A stretch of DNA of 59,327 bases from a virus (IMGVR_UViG_3300046051_000014:1-59327), one strand, 5' to 3'; shown: positions 29,945 through 39,975, counted from the first letter of the stretch. Translations and numbers: made by a program. Notes: generated by a model from the sequence alone, not told the origin.

Positions 29945-30643
29945 ATGGCACCAAGCCATGATCGCGACGATGTTGACGTATCTTCGCCTTGCGAAGATCG
30001 GCAACACCAAGTCGCAGACGAAGGTGGTTTCGCAGCGGAAACGAACAGTGACCACGATTGTGTCTTCGATTACGACCGTGTGGACGAGCACATCGAGTCT
30101 CTGGAGCCCTACGAGGCCCAGTGTGACTGCTGTATCGAAGAGGCTCTTCGACTCGAAGAACGTGCGAGCAGCGTCCAGGCCTTCGATCAGGTCGAGGAAC
30201 TACGCCAGGCTAAGGATGTAGTGGCCTACTACTTCGATGGAGACCTCCTTCCCGAGGCCCTTGTCGGGGCTGACATCCCCGACCTTACTCTCTGCATCGA
30301 GTGCCACCGCGACGAGGACTACGAGCACATTTTCGAGGACCCTGAGTTGGACACCATTCATGAGATGGCTCCTGGAGTCAAGGGCATGGCAACCTTCGAC
30401 ACGCCGTGGGGCAAGCTCGTGAGCCACTACGAGGACGTGCGGATCACGGACGTGGTTGAAGGCCCGAACGTGATTGGCGAGACGGTCTCGGTCGGACGCG
30501 ACGGTTACACGGTGCACGTGTCTTCGGGTGTGCAGGTATTCGACAGCCCGCTACGTCGCCGCATGATCGAGGAGATCGCACAGGAGGACTACCGTGATCG
30601 CCGCTCGCCTGTCGATGAAGAGAAGATGCGAGGTGGATACTGA
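29945..30643 (+). CDS. Hypothetical Cys-containing protein
   Basis: CDCC and CIEC pairs. Confidence 0.6.
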   Translation: MAPSHDRDDVDVSSPCEDRQHQVADEGGFAAETNSDHDCVFDYDRVDEHIESLEPYEAQCDCCIEEALRLEERASSVQAFDQVEELRQAKDVVAYYFDGDLLPEALVGADIPDLTLCIECHRDEDYEHIFEDPELDTIHEMAPGVKGMATFDTPWGKLVSHYEDVRITDVVEGPNVIGETVSVGRDGYTVHVSSGVQVFDSPLRRRMIEEIAQEDYRDRRSPVDEEKMRGGY

Positions 30644-31005
30644 TGGCTCCACAAGCACCTTCAAAGGAGAGCCTTCACTCGAACAAGGGCTTCGACATCG
30701 AGGTTTCCGACGAGGTGAAGGCCATGAGGAAAGGCGTGGATGTTGACCACCCGCTATTCAATGGCCCTGTCGAGGCTGAGGACGATGAGTGCCTGGCAGT
30801 AAGTACGAACATCCCGTACTGGGTCAGTGGGGAGACGCCACGAGAGGTGGAGTGTGCAGTGCAGACTGTGAATTGCTGGCCTGTTGTCGAAGAGATAGAT
30901 TACGAGCTTCCAGAGATGGTCTTTGTCGAAAGGGGCCATGACATAGATGTTCATGGCAAATACCCTCTGTTCGACATCGAGCCCATAGAGTTGTACTACC
31001 TCTAA
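30643..31005 (+). CDS. Hypothetical protein
   Basis: Coupled to the upstream ORF. Confidence 0.6.
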   Translation: MAPQAPSKESLHSNKGFDIEVSDEVKAMRKGVDVDHPLFNGPVEAEDDECLAVSTNIPYWVSGETPREVECAVQTVNCWPVVEEIDYELPEMVFVERGHDIDVHGKYPLFDIEPIELYYL

Positions 31006-31048
31006 CCCGCGTCGGAACCCTTTTGTCAGCGCACCTCGTTGTCGTACC

Positions 31049-31192
31049 ATGCCCGTGAAGAAGCCGAGGATCGAGACCAACGACATCTACGTGCTGGCAA
31101 TCCTCGCCGTAGCACTGTTGATCGGCGAGTTTCACGCAGTCGGTGGGGTGCTTGTCCTGGTCGTTGCCATAGGGGTTGCCTTCTACATCTAA
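31049..31192 (+). CDS. 47-aa membrane peptide
   Basis: Translated by hand: MPVKKPRIETNDIYVLAILAVALLI...; T-rich box about 30 nt upstream. Confidence 0.5.
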   Translation: MPVKKPRIETNDIYVLAILAVALLIGEFHAVGGVLVLVVAIGVAFYI

Positions 31193-31231
31193 ATCGGTAT
31201 CTTTATTGCACCACCTCGAATACGGTGTAGC

Positions 31232-31534
31232 GTGACGGACCAAGACAGACTCTTCGTCGTGGTAACACCGTGGGCGAGTGCACAACTCGGCCCACAGTGC
31301 GTACAGTGCGTGACCGAAGACAAGAGCGTGGCCGAGACGGTCGCCGCGAAGTACGACACGTTCGAGTACGACCACGCCCTTACCGTGGGCAGCGACGTCC
31401 CACGAGCGATAATCTACGAGGCACCGACGATGGACGCCGAAGCGGCCGAGGATCACGAGCCTGACGCCCCCAAGGACCTGGTGGAGCAGGCTCGTGACCT
31501 CGTGACCAACGACACTAACGATAACAATGAGTGA
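31232..31534 (+). CDS. Hypothetical protein
   Basis: Acidic ORF overlapping the ATPase start. Confidence 0.5.
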   Translation: MTDQDRLFVVVTPWASAQLGPQCVQCVTEDKSVAETVAAKYDTFEYDHALTVGSDVPRAIIYEAPTMDAEAAEDHEPDAPKDLVEQARDLVTNDTNDNNE

Positions 31535-33380
31535 ACTGGACATTAGCCTGGACGACGAGGTAGAAGAGGACATCGAAGACATTCCCGAGAACATCTACGA
31601 GTTGTTCGTGGACTACTCTCGGGCCGAGCAGGTCGGTAACGAGATGCAGTTCTTGCTCACCATGAGCCACTATGGCACAGGACTGTTGGCCGACAGCCAT
31701 CAGTACACGGCCATGAAGATCACGGGCGGGACGGCATCGGGAAAGACGAACATGAAGATGGGTGTCGTGGACCCGCTCTTTCCAGAACCGTGGCTCTTCA
31801 AGTCCAAATCCATGTCAGACAAGGCTCTGATTGACGACCCCCGATGGGACAAGGCGAAGATCGCGGCCATGGACGAAATCAATAAGGTCAGTAGAGAAGC
31901 ATTAGAATACTTAAAGTCGAGCTATGGTGACGATCAGGGACATGACTACACGCGCAACGCTGTTGCCGACGACAGTGTGGAGGGGGACGTGGAGGTCATT
32001 GAATCGGAGCCCAAGCCGCTGATTTACCTGATCGCCGACGAGAACGACATGACAGTGGACGACGAACTGGAGTCCCGCGTCATGGACATCAAAGTGGACG
32101 AGATGGAGGAGATCAACCAACTCGTTGGCGACACGGCCTTCGATGGACAGAACGTCTCCATGAGGGCATCGGACGTGGAGTACAACTACAATTATCCCGA
32201 GGCCAAACAGGCTCTCCAGAACCACATCGCCAACATGGGCGACGACTATCGTGTCATCCTTCCACGACGCCACCATCATGACAGAGGCGTGCTCGACGGC
32301 TACACGGGCCCCGAGTGGGATTGCTGGCCTGTCATTAAGCCCATCTTCAACTTCAAGGAAACACCGTCGAAGCGACACACTCACACGGTCGCCAGCCTCG
32401 TGCGTTCCAGTGCGCTCTACAATCACAAGCACCGTGAGACCGTGGTGCACGATGGTGAGGAGTACCTGGTCGCCGAGCCCCAGGACGTGGGCAACATGAT
32501 CGCGTGCCGTCCCACGATCATCTCCATGACCCACAACCTCGATCAAAAGTCCCGTGCGGTCATCAAGGGCATCAGCGAGGTGGGAGGCCCCTCGGTAAAC
32601 AATGGCCGATGGGCCCCGCTGAAGGACATCCGTGACTACCTTCAGGAGAGTGGAGCGGTCTCGACTATCTCGAAGACCCACCTCCGCAACCTCCTGAAGG
32701 ACATGGACGACAACTACCTGATTACCCGCCACGCCGAAGAGGGGAGCGACGGCGCTGACATGTGGGAGTACCTCGGCGAAGACACGTTCGGGACGCCGAA
32801 CATTGGTGAGTACCCGAAGGCCTTTGCGGATGTGACGGACCCGATTACTGGCGACCACATCAGCGAGACGATCGCCTCGAACAAGGACGAGTTACGGATC
32901 GAGGTCGATGGGATGCAGACTTCCGATGCCATGAACCAGGACACTGATTCTGACAGTGGCTCCGAGGCCGAGAGTGGCACGCTGTCCTCGTTTGGTGACG
33001 GGGGTGGTGGAGAGGCCACCGAGTACACGGACGTCGATCGTGACGTCGCTGAGAGGCTCCAGGACACGCTCGATGATATGCGCGTCGAAAGCGAGGAGAT
33101 TGACGACCTGGGAGTCAGCCACATGATTGGGGCGAGTCCGACCGAGACCTATGAGATCGACGGCCTTGGCTACATCAAGGCCGAGCGGCCGAAGAAGGTC
33201 CGTGACATCGTTGACACGCCCCTGAGCGCGAACCACCACGTCTACGGGCACCAGGACATCGGCGAGGGCCAGGCCGTGGCCCACGTGGAGAACTCGGTCA
33301 GCAAGCTGCGTGAGACGGGCGTGCTTCAGATGCACCCCGAGGACGACGGCGGCGTCTATGTAGAGGTCACGGACCTGTAG
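31527..33380 (+). CDS. P-loop (AAA+-like) ATPase, probable replicative helicase/initiator with winged-helix region
   Basis: Walker A GGTASGKT, Walker B IAAMDEINK, arginine finger ELESR, wHTH-like segment. Confidence 0.7.
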   Translation: MSELDISLDDEVEEDIEDIPENIYELFVDYSRAEQVGNEMQFLLTMSHYGTGLLADSHQYTAMKITGGTASGKTNMKMGVVDPLFPEPWLFKSKSMSDKALIDDPRWDKAKIAAMDEINKVSREALEYLKSSYGDDQGHDYTRNAVADDSVEGDVEVIESEPKPLIYLIADENDMTVDDELESRVMDIKVDEMEEINQLVGDTAFDGQNVSMRASDVEYNYNYPEAKQALQNHIANMGDDYRVILPRRHHHDRGVLDGYTGPEWDCWPVIKPIFNFKETPSKRHTHTVASLVRSSALYNHKHRETVVHDGEEYLVAEPQDVGNMIACRPTIISMTHNLDQKSRAVIKGISEVGGPSVNNGRWAPLKDIRDYLQESGAVSTISKTHLRNLLKDMDDNYLITRHAEEGSDGADMWEYLGEDTFGTPNIGEYPKAFADVTDPITGDHISETIASNKDELRIEVDGMQTSDAMNQDTDSDSGSEAESGTLSSFGDGGGGEATEYTDVDRDVAERLQDTLDDMRVESEEIDDLGVSHMIGASPTETYEIDGLGYIKAERPKKVRDIVDTPLSANHHVYGHQDIGEGQAVAHVENSVSKLRETGVLQMHPEDDGGVYVEVTDL

Positions 33381-33502
33381 CGTCACCGTTTACACTTTCT
33401 TCGCGTTTCGTGGTCGCGGTGGGGACGAGATCGGAACGAACTATAATCTTGACTCGCTACACGACCGTTTATTTTAAGTGGCTGCCTCCCTGAAGAATAG
33501 CC

Positions 33503-33817
33503 ATGACGAAAGGCTACGGTTGTGACTTTGCGGCTGATGGTGGTTGCGCAAACGTGGGCGAGAAGATGTTCGCCCACATCCAGATTTTCCCCGAGAACCT
33601 GAACGAGGCAGAACAGCAGCGGTTTGCACAGATGGTGGCCGACGAGGAGGCCATGTACGGCCACAACTTCGAGGACGATTACGAGCCCGAGAAGACGACC
33701 TATCACCTCTGCCCGCCCCATGCTGCCCAGGTCGTTAACGCGATCGGGCAGGGCGCTCCCGACCAAGAAGCTGGCGAGCAGGCTCCTGAATCCCAGGTTG
33801 CCGAGGATGAAGCATGA
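33503..33817 (+). CDS. Small Cys/His protein
   Basis: CDF..GC and LCPPH. Confidence 0.6.
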   Translation: MTKGYGCDFAADGGCANVGEKMFAHIQIFPENLNEAEQQRFAQMVADEEAMYGHNFEDDYEPEKTTYHLCPPHAAQVVNAIGQGAPDQEAGEQAPESQVAEDEA

Positions 33818-34383
33818 GCGAGGGTGATGCCACGGGCATCGGTGGGTTCGCCCGTGAGAACGAACAGGACGCTGATTCGGACGAGGACCCGAACGACACG
33901 AGCGTGAGTTTCGAGGACTTGGATACGGACGACCCCACGGTCAGGGACGTGCTCACGTTCGTGGAGCGACAGACCACTGCGGAGATGGAGGAGTTGTTCG
34001 ATGAAAGCGACGAGACGCCACCCAAGCACGGGATTCACTTGGCACAGTCCCGCCTCGGCGACCTCTCCAAGGACCTGGCTCGCAAGGAGGTGGCAGAGGC
34101 CGATCCCACAACTGAGATCGATCCCGAGACGATCGAGGAGGCACTCACGGGCAAGGTGGTCAACCTCCTGCTTGGTGTCATGACCATTGCGGCCGACCAC
34201 GACCTTGAGGTAAGCGAGGCGCTGTCCTATCGCATGGAGTTGACCGAGGCCATGAACGAGGGTGACAAGGAGGCCCTTGCCGAACTTATCGGTGAGTCCG
34301 TCACGAGCATGGCCGAGCCCCGCCACCCTGAGCCAGGCGAGGACGTCTCGCAACACGAAGCTGACGACATCGGATTTCAATAA
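33814..34383 (+). CDS. MazG-like all-alpha protein, apparently degenerate
   Basis: RLGDLSKDL..VVNLLLGVMTIAADHDLEVSEAL pattern, lacking the usual EExGE/ExxD acids. Confidence 0.45.
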   Translation: MSEGDATGIGGFARENEQDADSDEDPNDTSVSFEDLDTDDPTVRDVLTFVERQTTAEMEELFDESDETPPKHGIHLAQSRLGDLSKDLARKEVAEADPTTEIDPETIEEALTGKVVNLLLGVMTIAADHDLEVSEALSYRMELTEAMNEGDKEALAELIGESVTSMAEPRHPEPGEDVSQHEADDIGFQ

Positions 34384-34586
34384 TGAGTGACAGTAATAGA
34401 CGACGGGCTATCGGACGACCACGAGATCGTGAAGTGGTACCGCAAACGCCCGACAGCGACGACGATAACGACCAAGCCAGTGAAGAGGACCAGGACGCTG
34501 CCGAGGATCAGGCCAGTGAGGGCCAGGCCACTGACGACAACACGGTCCTCGAACCCGCGGTCGTGCCGATCGAGGACGACGAGTAA
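34383..34586 (+). CDS. Small acidic protein
   Basis: TAATG coupling with the upstream gene. Confidence 0.5.
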   Translation: MSDSNRRRAIGRPRDREVVPQTPDSDDDNDQASEEDQDAAEDQASEGQATDDNTVLEPAVVPIEDDE

Positions 34587-34675
34587 CCTCGCGGCTGCAC
34601 CGCTTCGGCTCTCGACGTGTCTGGCGATACGTCGAAAACCACGACTTTATGGTTGCCCGCTACGCAGTGTCGTGT

Positions 34676-34897
34676 ATGCGGGACGACCCTGCCGACGACG
34701 TTGGCGACTCTTCGTCGCACGAAGATCGCCAGCGCCAAGGCGCAGCCGACAACACGAACGAAGAAACGGTGGAGGATACCGTTAACGTCACGCTCACTGT
34801 TGACATCAACGTCGAGTGGCACAACGGTTCCAAGTACAAGATCGCCGACGACCACCTCGCCGAGTGGGAGGACTTCTTCCAGGAGGCAGAACAATGA
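34676..34897 (+). CDS. Small hypothetical protein containing a family C element in frame
   Basis: ATG about 30 nt after CTTTAT; ATGA overlap with the next gene. Confidence 0.6.
   Translation: MRDDPADDVGDSSSHEDRQRQGAADNTNEETVEDTVNVTLTVDINVEWHNGSKYKIADDHLAEWEDFFQEAEQ
34697..34750. repeat. Family C element, identical to 17742-17795
   Basis: Exact 54-nt match. Confidence 0.95.
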
Positions 34898-35205
34898 TAG
34901 ATGGCAGCGTCGTGGAGTACGCGGACGAGGGGGCAGTCGTGAAGGTTTCCGTGGAGGACGGCGGTGAGGTCCAGGGCGACGTCACGGCCACGTCCTCGGT
35001 CGGTGAGAGTCACATCATCCATATCGGCGAGGTGACTGTTGAGAGCGGTGTCGGCTACATCGTCCACAAGCTACCTGATACTGTGATGCCAGCGGTCCAC
35101 TTCGCCAGGTCCGATGGCAGCCTCAAGCCCCTGGGTAAGGCAGAGGTTGTCGAGTTGTTAAAAGACTCACCCGAGGGCCCTGAAGGGCCACGGGGGGCAG
35201 TATGA
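34894..35205 (+). CDS. Hypothetical protein
   Basis: ATGA-coupled on both sides. Confidence 0.6.
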   Translation: MIDGSVVEYADEGAVVKVSVEDGGEVQGDVTATSSVGESHIIHIGEVTVESGVGYIVHKLPDTVMPAVHFARSDGSLKPLGKAEVVELLKDSPEGPEGPRGAV

Positions 35206-35786
35206 GCACGACTCTGAACCTCGGTGTCCGCGAGGAGATCACCGAGGTGATGCCCGAGGTCGGTAACATCACCGACTCGGACCTCCGTGAGAAGACCACG
35301 GACATGCTTACGGAGGCCCCTGAGTATTTCTGGACGGCTCCCGCCTCGAAGTACCATCATCCCGAGGAGCATCAGTACAGACACGGGCTCTGGCTTCACA
35401 CTAAGCGGGTCTGTACCGTGCTCGACAGGATCGTGGATTCGATGGTCGAGCAGGGCCACGTTACTGACACCGACGCCGCTCTGTCCGCAGCCATTCTACA
35501 CGACACGTACAAGTATGGTCGACCGCCCACGGAGGTCGACACGTCCACGAGCGACCACGACCTTACCGCTGGCAACGTGGCGTTTCAGTATGGACTTCCG
35601 CCCAAGGTCGTCGGTGCGATTAAAACCCACAACGGTAGCTGGTACGCTGGTCCGTCTCCCTCCAACACGCTGGAGCAGACGGTCCACATCGCCGACATGG
35701 TGGCCTCCGACCCGAACGTGGACATCGCCGTGCTTGATCCACACCCGATTCTTCAGGATCAGTTTCCTCGGGTCTCAGAACGTTAG
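35202..35786 (+). CDS. HD-domain phosphohydrolase
   Basis: PASKYHH, GLWLHT, AILHDTYKYG, HNG, HIADMVAS. Confidence 0.9.
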   Translation: MSTTLNLGVREEITEVMPEVGNITDSDLREKTTDMLTEAPEYFWTAPASKYHHPEEHQYRHGLWLHTKRVCTVLDRIVDSMVEQGHVTDTDAALSAAILHDTYKYGRPPTEVDTSTSDHDLTAGNVAFQYGLPPKVVGAIKTHNGSWYAGPSPSNTLEQTVHIADMVASDPNVDIAVLDPHPILQDQFPRVSER

Positions 35787-35877
35787 CGACTCACCGTCGC
35801 ACGGATCGAGCTTTCGTTCTGAAAGCTCGAAACGGTAAACCACCACTTTTATTGTAGCGGAGTGCATCGTCTTCCCC

Positions 35878-36159
35878 ATGGCAAGAGAGTCGTTCGACTC
35901 GTCGGAGGACGCGTCGACTACTGCGGCGAGAGCCGACAACATGGCTACCAACACGCTGACCGAGTTTCCCAACCTGGCCGAAGACGAGTACGTGCTACTC
36001 GGCAGGCGTCTCAGTTCGGTTTCGGAGTGGGCCGAAGTCGGTGTGTTCAGCGACTCGGAGAAGCTACGGGAGTACAAAAACGAGATGGAGGAGAAGTTCA
36101 CGGACGTGCAGTGGCTTCACTCTGTCGTCAAGGAGAACCCGACTGTGGGAGAGGAGTGA
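35878..36159 (+). CDS. Hypothetical protein
   Basis: Acidic ORF with a T-rich box upstream. Confidence 0.55.
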   Translation: MARESFDSSEDASTTAARADNMATNTLTEFPNLAEDEYVLLGRRLSSVSEWAEVGVFSDSEKLREYKNEMEEKFTDVQWLHSVVKENPTVGEE

Positions 36160-36162
36160 ACC

Positions 36163-36465
36163 ATGAGCGACAAGCTCCGTGCCACGGACCTGCAGTACGG
36201 CGACCTGGTTCGATACAGGGCTACTGATACAACAGAGGCGCGTACACATGCACAGAACGATCGTGATGTACCGTCCTTTCGTCTCGGTACGGTGATGCAG
36301 GCACCGCCGTTCACGAAGCAAGTGGCTGACGCGGCAGTGACGTTCGAGGAGGCGATTGAGCTTCGGTCACGGGGCCCGCTCAAGCAAACGTTCATTATCC
36401 ACGTGAGTAAGCTGGAGAGCCAGGTCCACCAGGACGGTCGTGCGGACCGCATTGACGTGCAATAA
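36163..36465 (+). CDS. Hypothetical protein
   Basis: GGAGGAG SD-like site upstream. Confidence 0.55.
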   Translation: MSDKLRATDLQYGDLVRYRATDTTEARTHAQNDRDVPSFRLGTVMQAPPFTKQVADAAVTFEEAIELRSRGPLKQTFIIHVSKLESQVHQDGRADRIDVQ

Positions 36466-36497
36466 ACTTTTTCTGCGTCCGCGCCTACCTGTTAGCC

Positions 36498-37301
36498 ATG
36501 CCGATCGACAATACGGGTCCGTGGACGACCTTCACGCCCCACAATACTACGGACGTCGAGTATGAGTACGTCTTCGTCCAGGCACCTTACGAGGCGGCAG
36601 TGGCCTGGTTCGAGGCGGCCTTCGGACGCAATCCTCTGGCCGCAGTCTACCAGGGTGACTCAACCGAATACGTGGCACCCGCCCAGTCTCATGAAGACTT
36701 CGAGGACGCTCGGAGGATCACGAGCGGGGAGGTTGAGGCCGCTGCTATTGGGCGAAGCACGTCACGCTCGCTCTCGGCCCGTGAGATCGGTGTGGACGAG
36801 GACTGCCTGGTTGTCGAGCACACCACGTTCGAGGATACCCAGGAGGAACGTGACGGGTACACAAACCCGCAAAAGCGCGTGGTCCTCGACGGTCAGGGTC
36901 GTCCCGTCTTCGGGGACAATGCCCACGATGTATCTGTGACGCGACCACAGGTCGGTGAAGAGGGCGAGATCGAACGCACGACCGTGAAGCCCGAGAAGGG
37001 TGCGCCGCCCACGACGCAGAACGACAGCGACGTGGAGAACGCTGAGAGCGAGAACGTGGACGAGGTGCAGGAGGCTGAGGACATGACGCCTGAACTACAA
37101 ACGGTCAGCCGCGAGCTTCTCGAAAACATGTCCTACAGAGACCTCCAGCAAGCGGCGGGTGATTTCGAGAGCATCAGCGGCACGCTGTCCAAGGACGAGT
37201 TTGTGGAGAGCTTCAGTGACATGGGGCTCGCACGCTTCTCGGAGGCCGTTGAGAACACCGACGCGGAGTTTCCGAGTACAGATGTGGTGAAAGCTCCATG
37301 A
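36498..37301 (+). CDS. Hypothetical protein with possible C-terminal HeH/Rho-N-like motif
   Basis: LENMSYRDLQQAA..ISGTLSKDEFVE. Confidence 0.55.
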   Translation: MPIDNTGPWTTFTPHNTTDVEYEYVFVQAPYEAAVAWFEAAFGRNPLAAVYQGDSTEYVAPAQSHEDFEDARRITSGEVEAAAIGRSTSRSLSAREIGVDEDCLVVEHTTFEDTQEERDGYTNPQKRVVLDGQGRPVFGDNAHDVSVTRPQVGEEGEIERTTVKPEKGAPPTTQNDSDVENAESENVDEVQEAEDMTPELQTVSRELLENMSYRDLQQAAGDFESISGTLSKDEFVESFSDMGLARFSEAVENTDAEFPSTDVVKAP

Positions 37302-37720
37302 GCAAGACCGTCCATCCCAAGTACGCGAAGATCGGTGAGGTGAAGGTTCGGGTCCGTAAAGTGGTGCTTGACATCAGTGGGCGGACGGTCGAGCGGGCGA
37401 TGGTTTACACGAGCCAGGACATTCCTGTCGGCAGTGCCGAACACAGAGACGTTGTGCTGTATATGACACGTGGCAGACTCACGCTCGAAGACTACTCCAT
37501 CGAGAGTATGGGTGATGCAGGTGTCTTGGAGGCGACCAGGACGGACCTGAGCGGACGCTCTTCGTTGTTCGAGGACGTGGACCCTTATGAGGACGTGGAA
37601 GACATCGAGGGTGCTGAGAACCGTGCTCAGGAGCCTGACGAGCAGGACTCTGACGAAGACTCCGATGGGGATGACGACGAGCGTGATGACGACGACCGTG
37701 ATTACCTGGTCGAGTTGTAG
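37298..37720 (+). CDS. Hypothetical protein with acidic tail
   Basis: ATGA-coupled. Confidence 0.55.
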   Translation: MSKTVHPKYAKIGEVKVRVRKVVLDISGRTVERAMVYTSQDIPVGSAEHRDVVLYMTRGRLTLEDYSIESMGDAGVLEATRTDLSGRSSLFEDVDPYEDVEDIEGAENRAQEPDEQDSDEDSDGDDDERDDDDRDYLVEL

Positions 37721-38017
37721 ACCGAAGCCTTTTTGTTTTCAAGGTTCTGAAAAAGAGTTGTCGTCCACCAGTTCGGGCACAAATCGTGTCCGTCGAGGGG
37801 GACGCCCCGATGCGCCGTGTCACACTGTTGCCCGCAACTGCCCACGCCTCTGAAGGCGGGGACCACGGGAGTGATCGCCACACGGCACGGTGCGGGACGG
37901 CTATAACCCATACCCTTCGCTCGCCATTTTACTGGCACTCGACCGATCAGGCGCTTCATTCTTCACTGACGTGGAACACACCGACCTTTTTTGTACGTAC
38001 GTCTCTATGTGAATACT

Positions 38018-38344
38018 ATGGGAGACCAGGAGTCTGAAAGTAAGAGAGACGTGCGAGTCCCCGTGGAACTGCGTGCCATGGAACCGCGCCAACTACGCGA
38101 CTTCGTGCCTACCGCCATGGACGTGACCGAGGAGGATAGTGAGGAGGCGGCGGCGCTGGATCGGGTACAAGAAAGCCTTGAGGACAGAGAGGACTTTCTT
38201 TCACTGACCTTTGAGGACTGGACTGTGCTCATCCAGTCGTTGAGCCGCAAGAGCGTGCAGAAACAGCACGGCAAGTCCTACGTGTGGTGGCTCCGCACGA
38301 AGCTGTCGAAGCGCCTTCGTGAGAGGATGAGCGAGATCAGTTAG
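38018..38344 (+). CDS. Hypothetical protein
   Basis: ATG about 30 nt after a T-run. Confidence 0.55.
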   Translation: MGDQESESKRDVRVPVELRAMEPRQLRDFVPTAMDVTEEDSEEAAALDRVQESLEDREDFLSLTFEDWTVLIQSLSRKSVQKQHGKSYVWWLRTKLSKRLRERMSEIS

Positions 38345-38399
38345 CGACACGACTCTGGGAACCACAGTAGGGCAGTGCCGTCGGCTCACAACGTAATCT

Positions 38400-38720
38400 G
38401 AAGCGATACAGGGCCACTGAGAGACACACGACCGATGGCTCTCGCAGTTCCGTGAAGAGCCATAAGCGTCGACTCAGGCAGGCTCATGGAGTAGTGAGCA
38501 CGAACCAGAGCCACACGTGCGTGAGTAGCAGGTTTCTGGGTCCACGGACCTGACACCAAACCACGTGACGGCGCAGGTTCCCGCTCACAAGCAAACCTCG
38601 CGGTTTACAGAGCCACTCAGCGCGACGGGTCCGATGACCCTCGCAGGTTTGTGAAAGAGCGTGAGCGCCGACTCAGACAGGCTCATGGAGCAGTGAGCAA
38701 GGACTCGCTCTATACGCACG
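38400..38720 (+). repeat. Family B element, tandem units (199 bp period)
   Basis: CCGATG..GAGC..CTCAG.CAGGCTCATGGAG occurs twice (38432, 38631); CAAACCACGTGACGGCG shared with 46502. Confidence 0.85.
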
Positions 38721-38774
38721 CGATTGTCGCGAGGGGCGAAGGCCTTAAGTTCACCACCCACGTTACGGGAAACG

Positions 38775-39290
38775 ATGGCAGGATTCCTTGCGCGCCTGTT
38801 TCCGTACTGGTTCGGCAACACGGCCCAGGACGAAGTTGAGGCGGGGCTTCGTGCCCTACAGGACGAGCTACTGCAACGCGCATCGCGGCTCGAACTAACT
38901 GGCGAGTTGGGACAGCCCTTTATCGACAGGCAGGGTGCTCCCACTGCGATCATTCCCGTCACGGTGTACCTCAAGCGATACGACAGCCGTGACGAGGTGT
39001 ACCTCGATCACCAGATGGAGTTCGAGGTTCCCACCAACGGGATGATGGACTCCAACGAGCCGCTCGTCCAGTTCCTTCACTCGGTCGGGGTCTCGACACC
39101 AGAGGCCCTGGGCCAGATCGAAGGCGAGACCGTGGACGTACACCTCGATGATGGCGGCAACATCGTTGTCGACTGGGGTGGCTTCACTGACGGGGCCTCC
39201 GATGCTGTTCAGGGCACTGCCAATGAGGAGGACACCGACGCCTCCCAATACCCTGACCCGCTCGACAAAACTGAAGGCGAGAGCCTGTAG
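38775..39290 (+). CDS. Hypothetical protein
   Basis: ATG about 30 nt after CCTTAAG. Confidence 0.6.
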   Translation: MAGFLARLFPYWFGNTAQDEVEAGLRALQDELLQRASRLELTGELGQPFIDRQGAPTAIIPVTVYLKRYDSRDEVYLDHQMEFEVPTNGMMDSNEPLVQFLHSVGVSTPEALGQIEGETVDVHLDDGGNIVVDWGGFTDGASDAVQGTANEEDTDASQYPDPLDKTEGESL

Positions 39291-39352
39291 CCGCCAAGGC
39301 GCAGCCGATAACCAACGACTTTTAGTGAGCCAAGACCCTGTAGCGACACGCA

Positions 39353-39616
39353 ATGGTGGAGACTACAGAGGACGGCTACATCGATGTTTCGGACGACGAG
39401 ACCTACGAGGCTTTTGATGATTACCTGGCAGAGGGCCAGCAGCTTGCCATGGACATCGAGGAGGGCCTTCACGACGCACGCCAGTTGGCAACGCAGGTTC
39501 GTGACGGGGAGATGACGATGGACGAGTACGACGAGAGTGAGGTGGTACTGCGGGTACGTGACAGGTTGCGACAGTTCGAGGCGTGGAATAGTGAATACCC
39601 TGACCTTGATGGGTAG
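39353..39616 (+). CDS. Hypothetical acidic protein
   Basis: 87-aa ORF with its own T-rich box. Confidence 0.55.
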   Translation: MVETTEDGYIDVSDDETYEAFDDYLAEGQQLAMDIEEGLHDARQLATQVRDGEMTMDEYDESEVVLRVRDRLRQFEAWNSEYPDLDG

Positions 39617-39627
39617 TGTAGACCAAC

Positions 39628-39647
39628 ACACTTTTGCCGAAGCACGT
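39628..39647 (+). promoter_or_regulatory. Promoter-like 20-mer, twin of 39956-39975
   Basis: ACACTTTTGCCGA(A/G)GCACGT begins 36 nt before the ATG in both cases. Confidence 0.65.
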
Positions 39648-39663
39648 CGTTGTCCGAAGCGCG

Positions 39664-39939
39664 ATGTTGAAACCAAGCGACTTTCACGACATCGACCGAG
39701 ACAGTGACCTGGGAAACGACAAAGCGTACGCCGAATACGACAAGCACATGGCAACGGTCTACAATGACGCGAGCGATATGATTTCGATGATCGCTCAGGC
39801 CCGTCGTTTGGCGGAGCACGCCCACATTGAGGGCTGGAGCGTCGAGAGGTTCGAGGTTGCCCTGGACGACCTGCTTGGGCAAGACAGGGACGAGATCGAG
39901 CAGTTCAGTGAATGGGTGGGCGCGGACCCGTTCTGCTAA
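39664..39939 (+). CDS. Hypothetical protein
   Basis: ATG at 39664. Confidence 0.55.
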   Translation: MLKPSDFHDIDRDSDLGNDKAYAEYDKHMATVYNDASDMISMIAQARRLAEHAHIEGWSVERFEVALDDLLGQDRDEIEQFSEWVGADPFC

Positions 39940-39955
39940 GGCAGTCCAAACCGTT

Positions 39956-39975
39956 ACACTTTTGCCGAGGCACGT
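39956..39975 (+). promoter_or_regulatory. Promoter-like 20-mer, twin of 39628-39647
   Basis: 19 of 20 positions identical, same spacing to the ATG. Confidence 0.65.
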
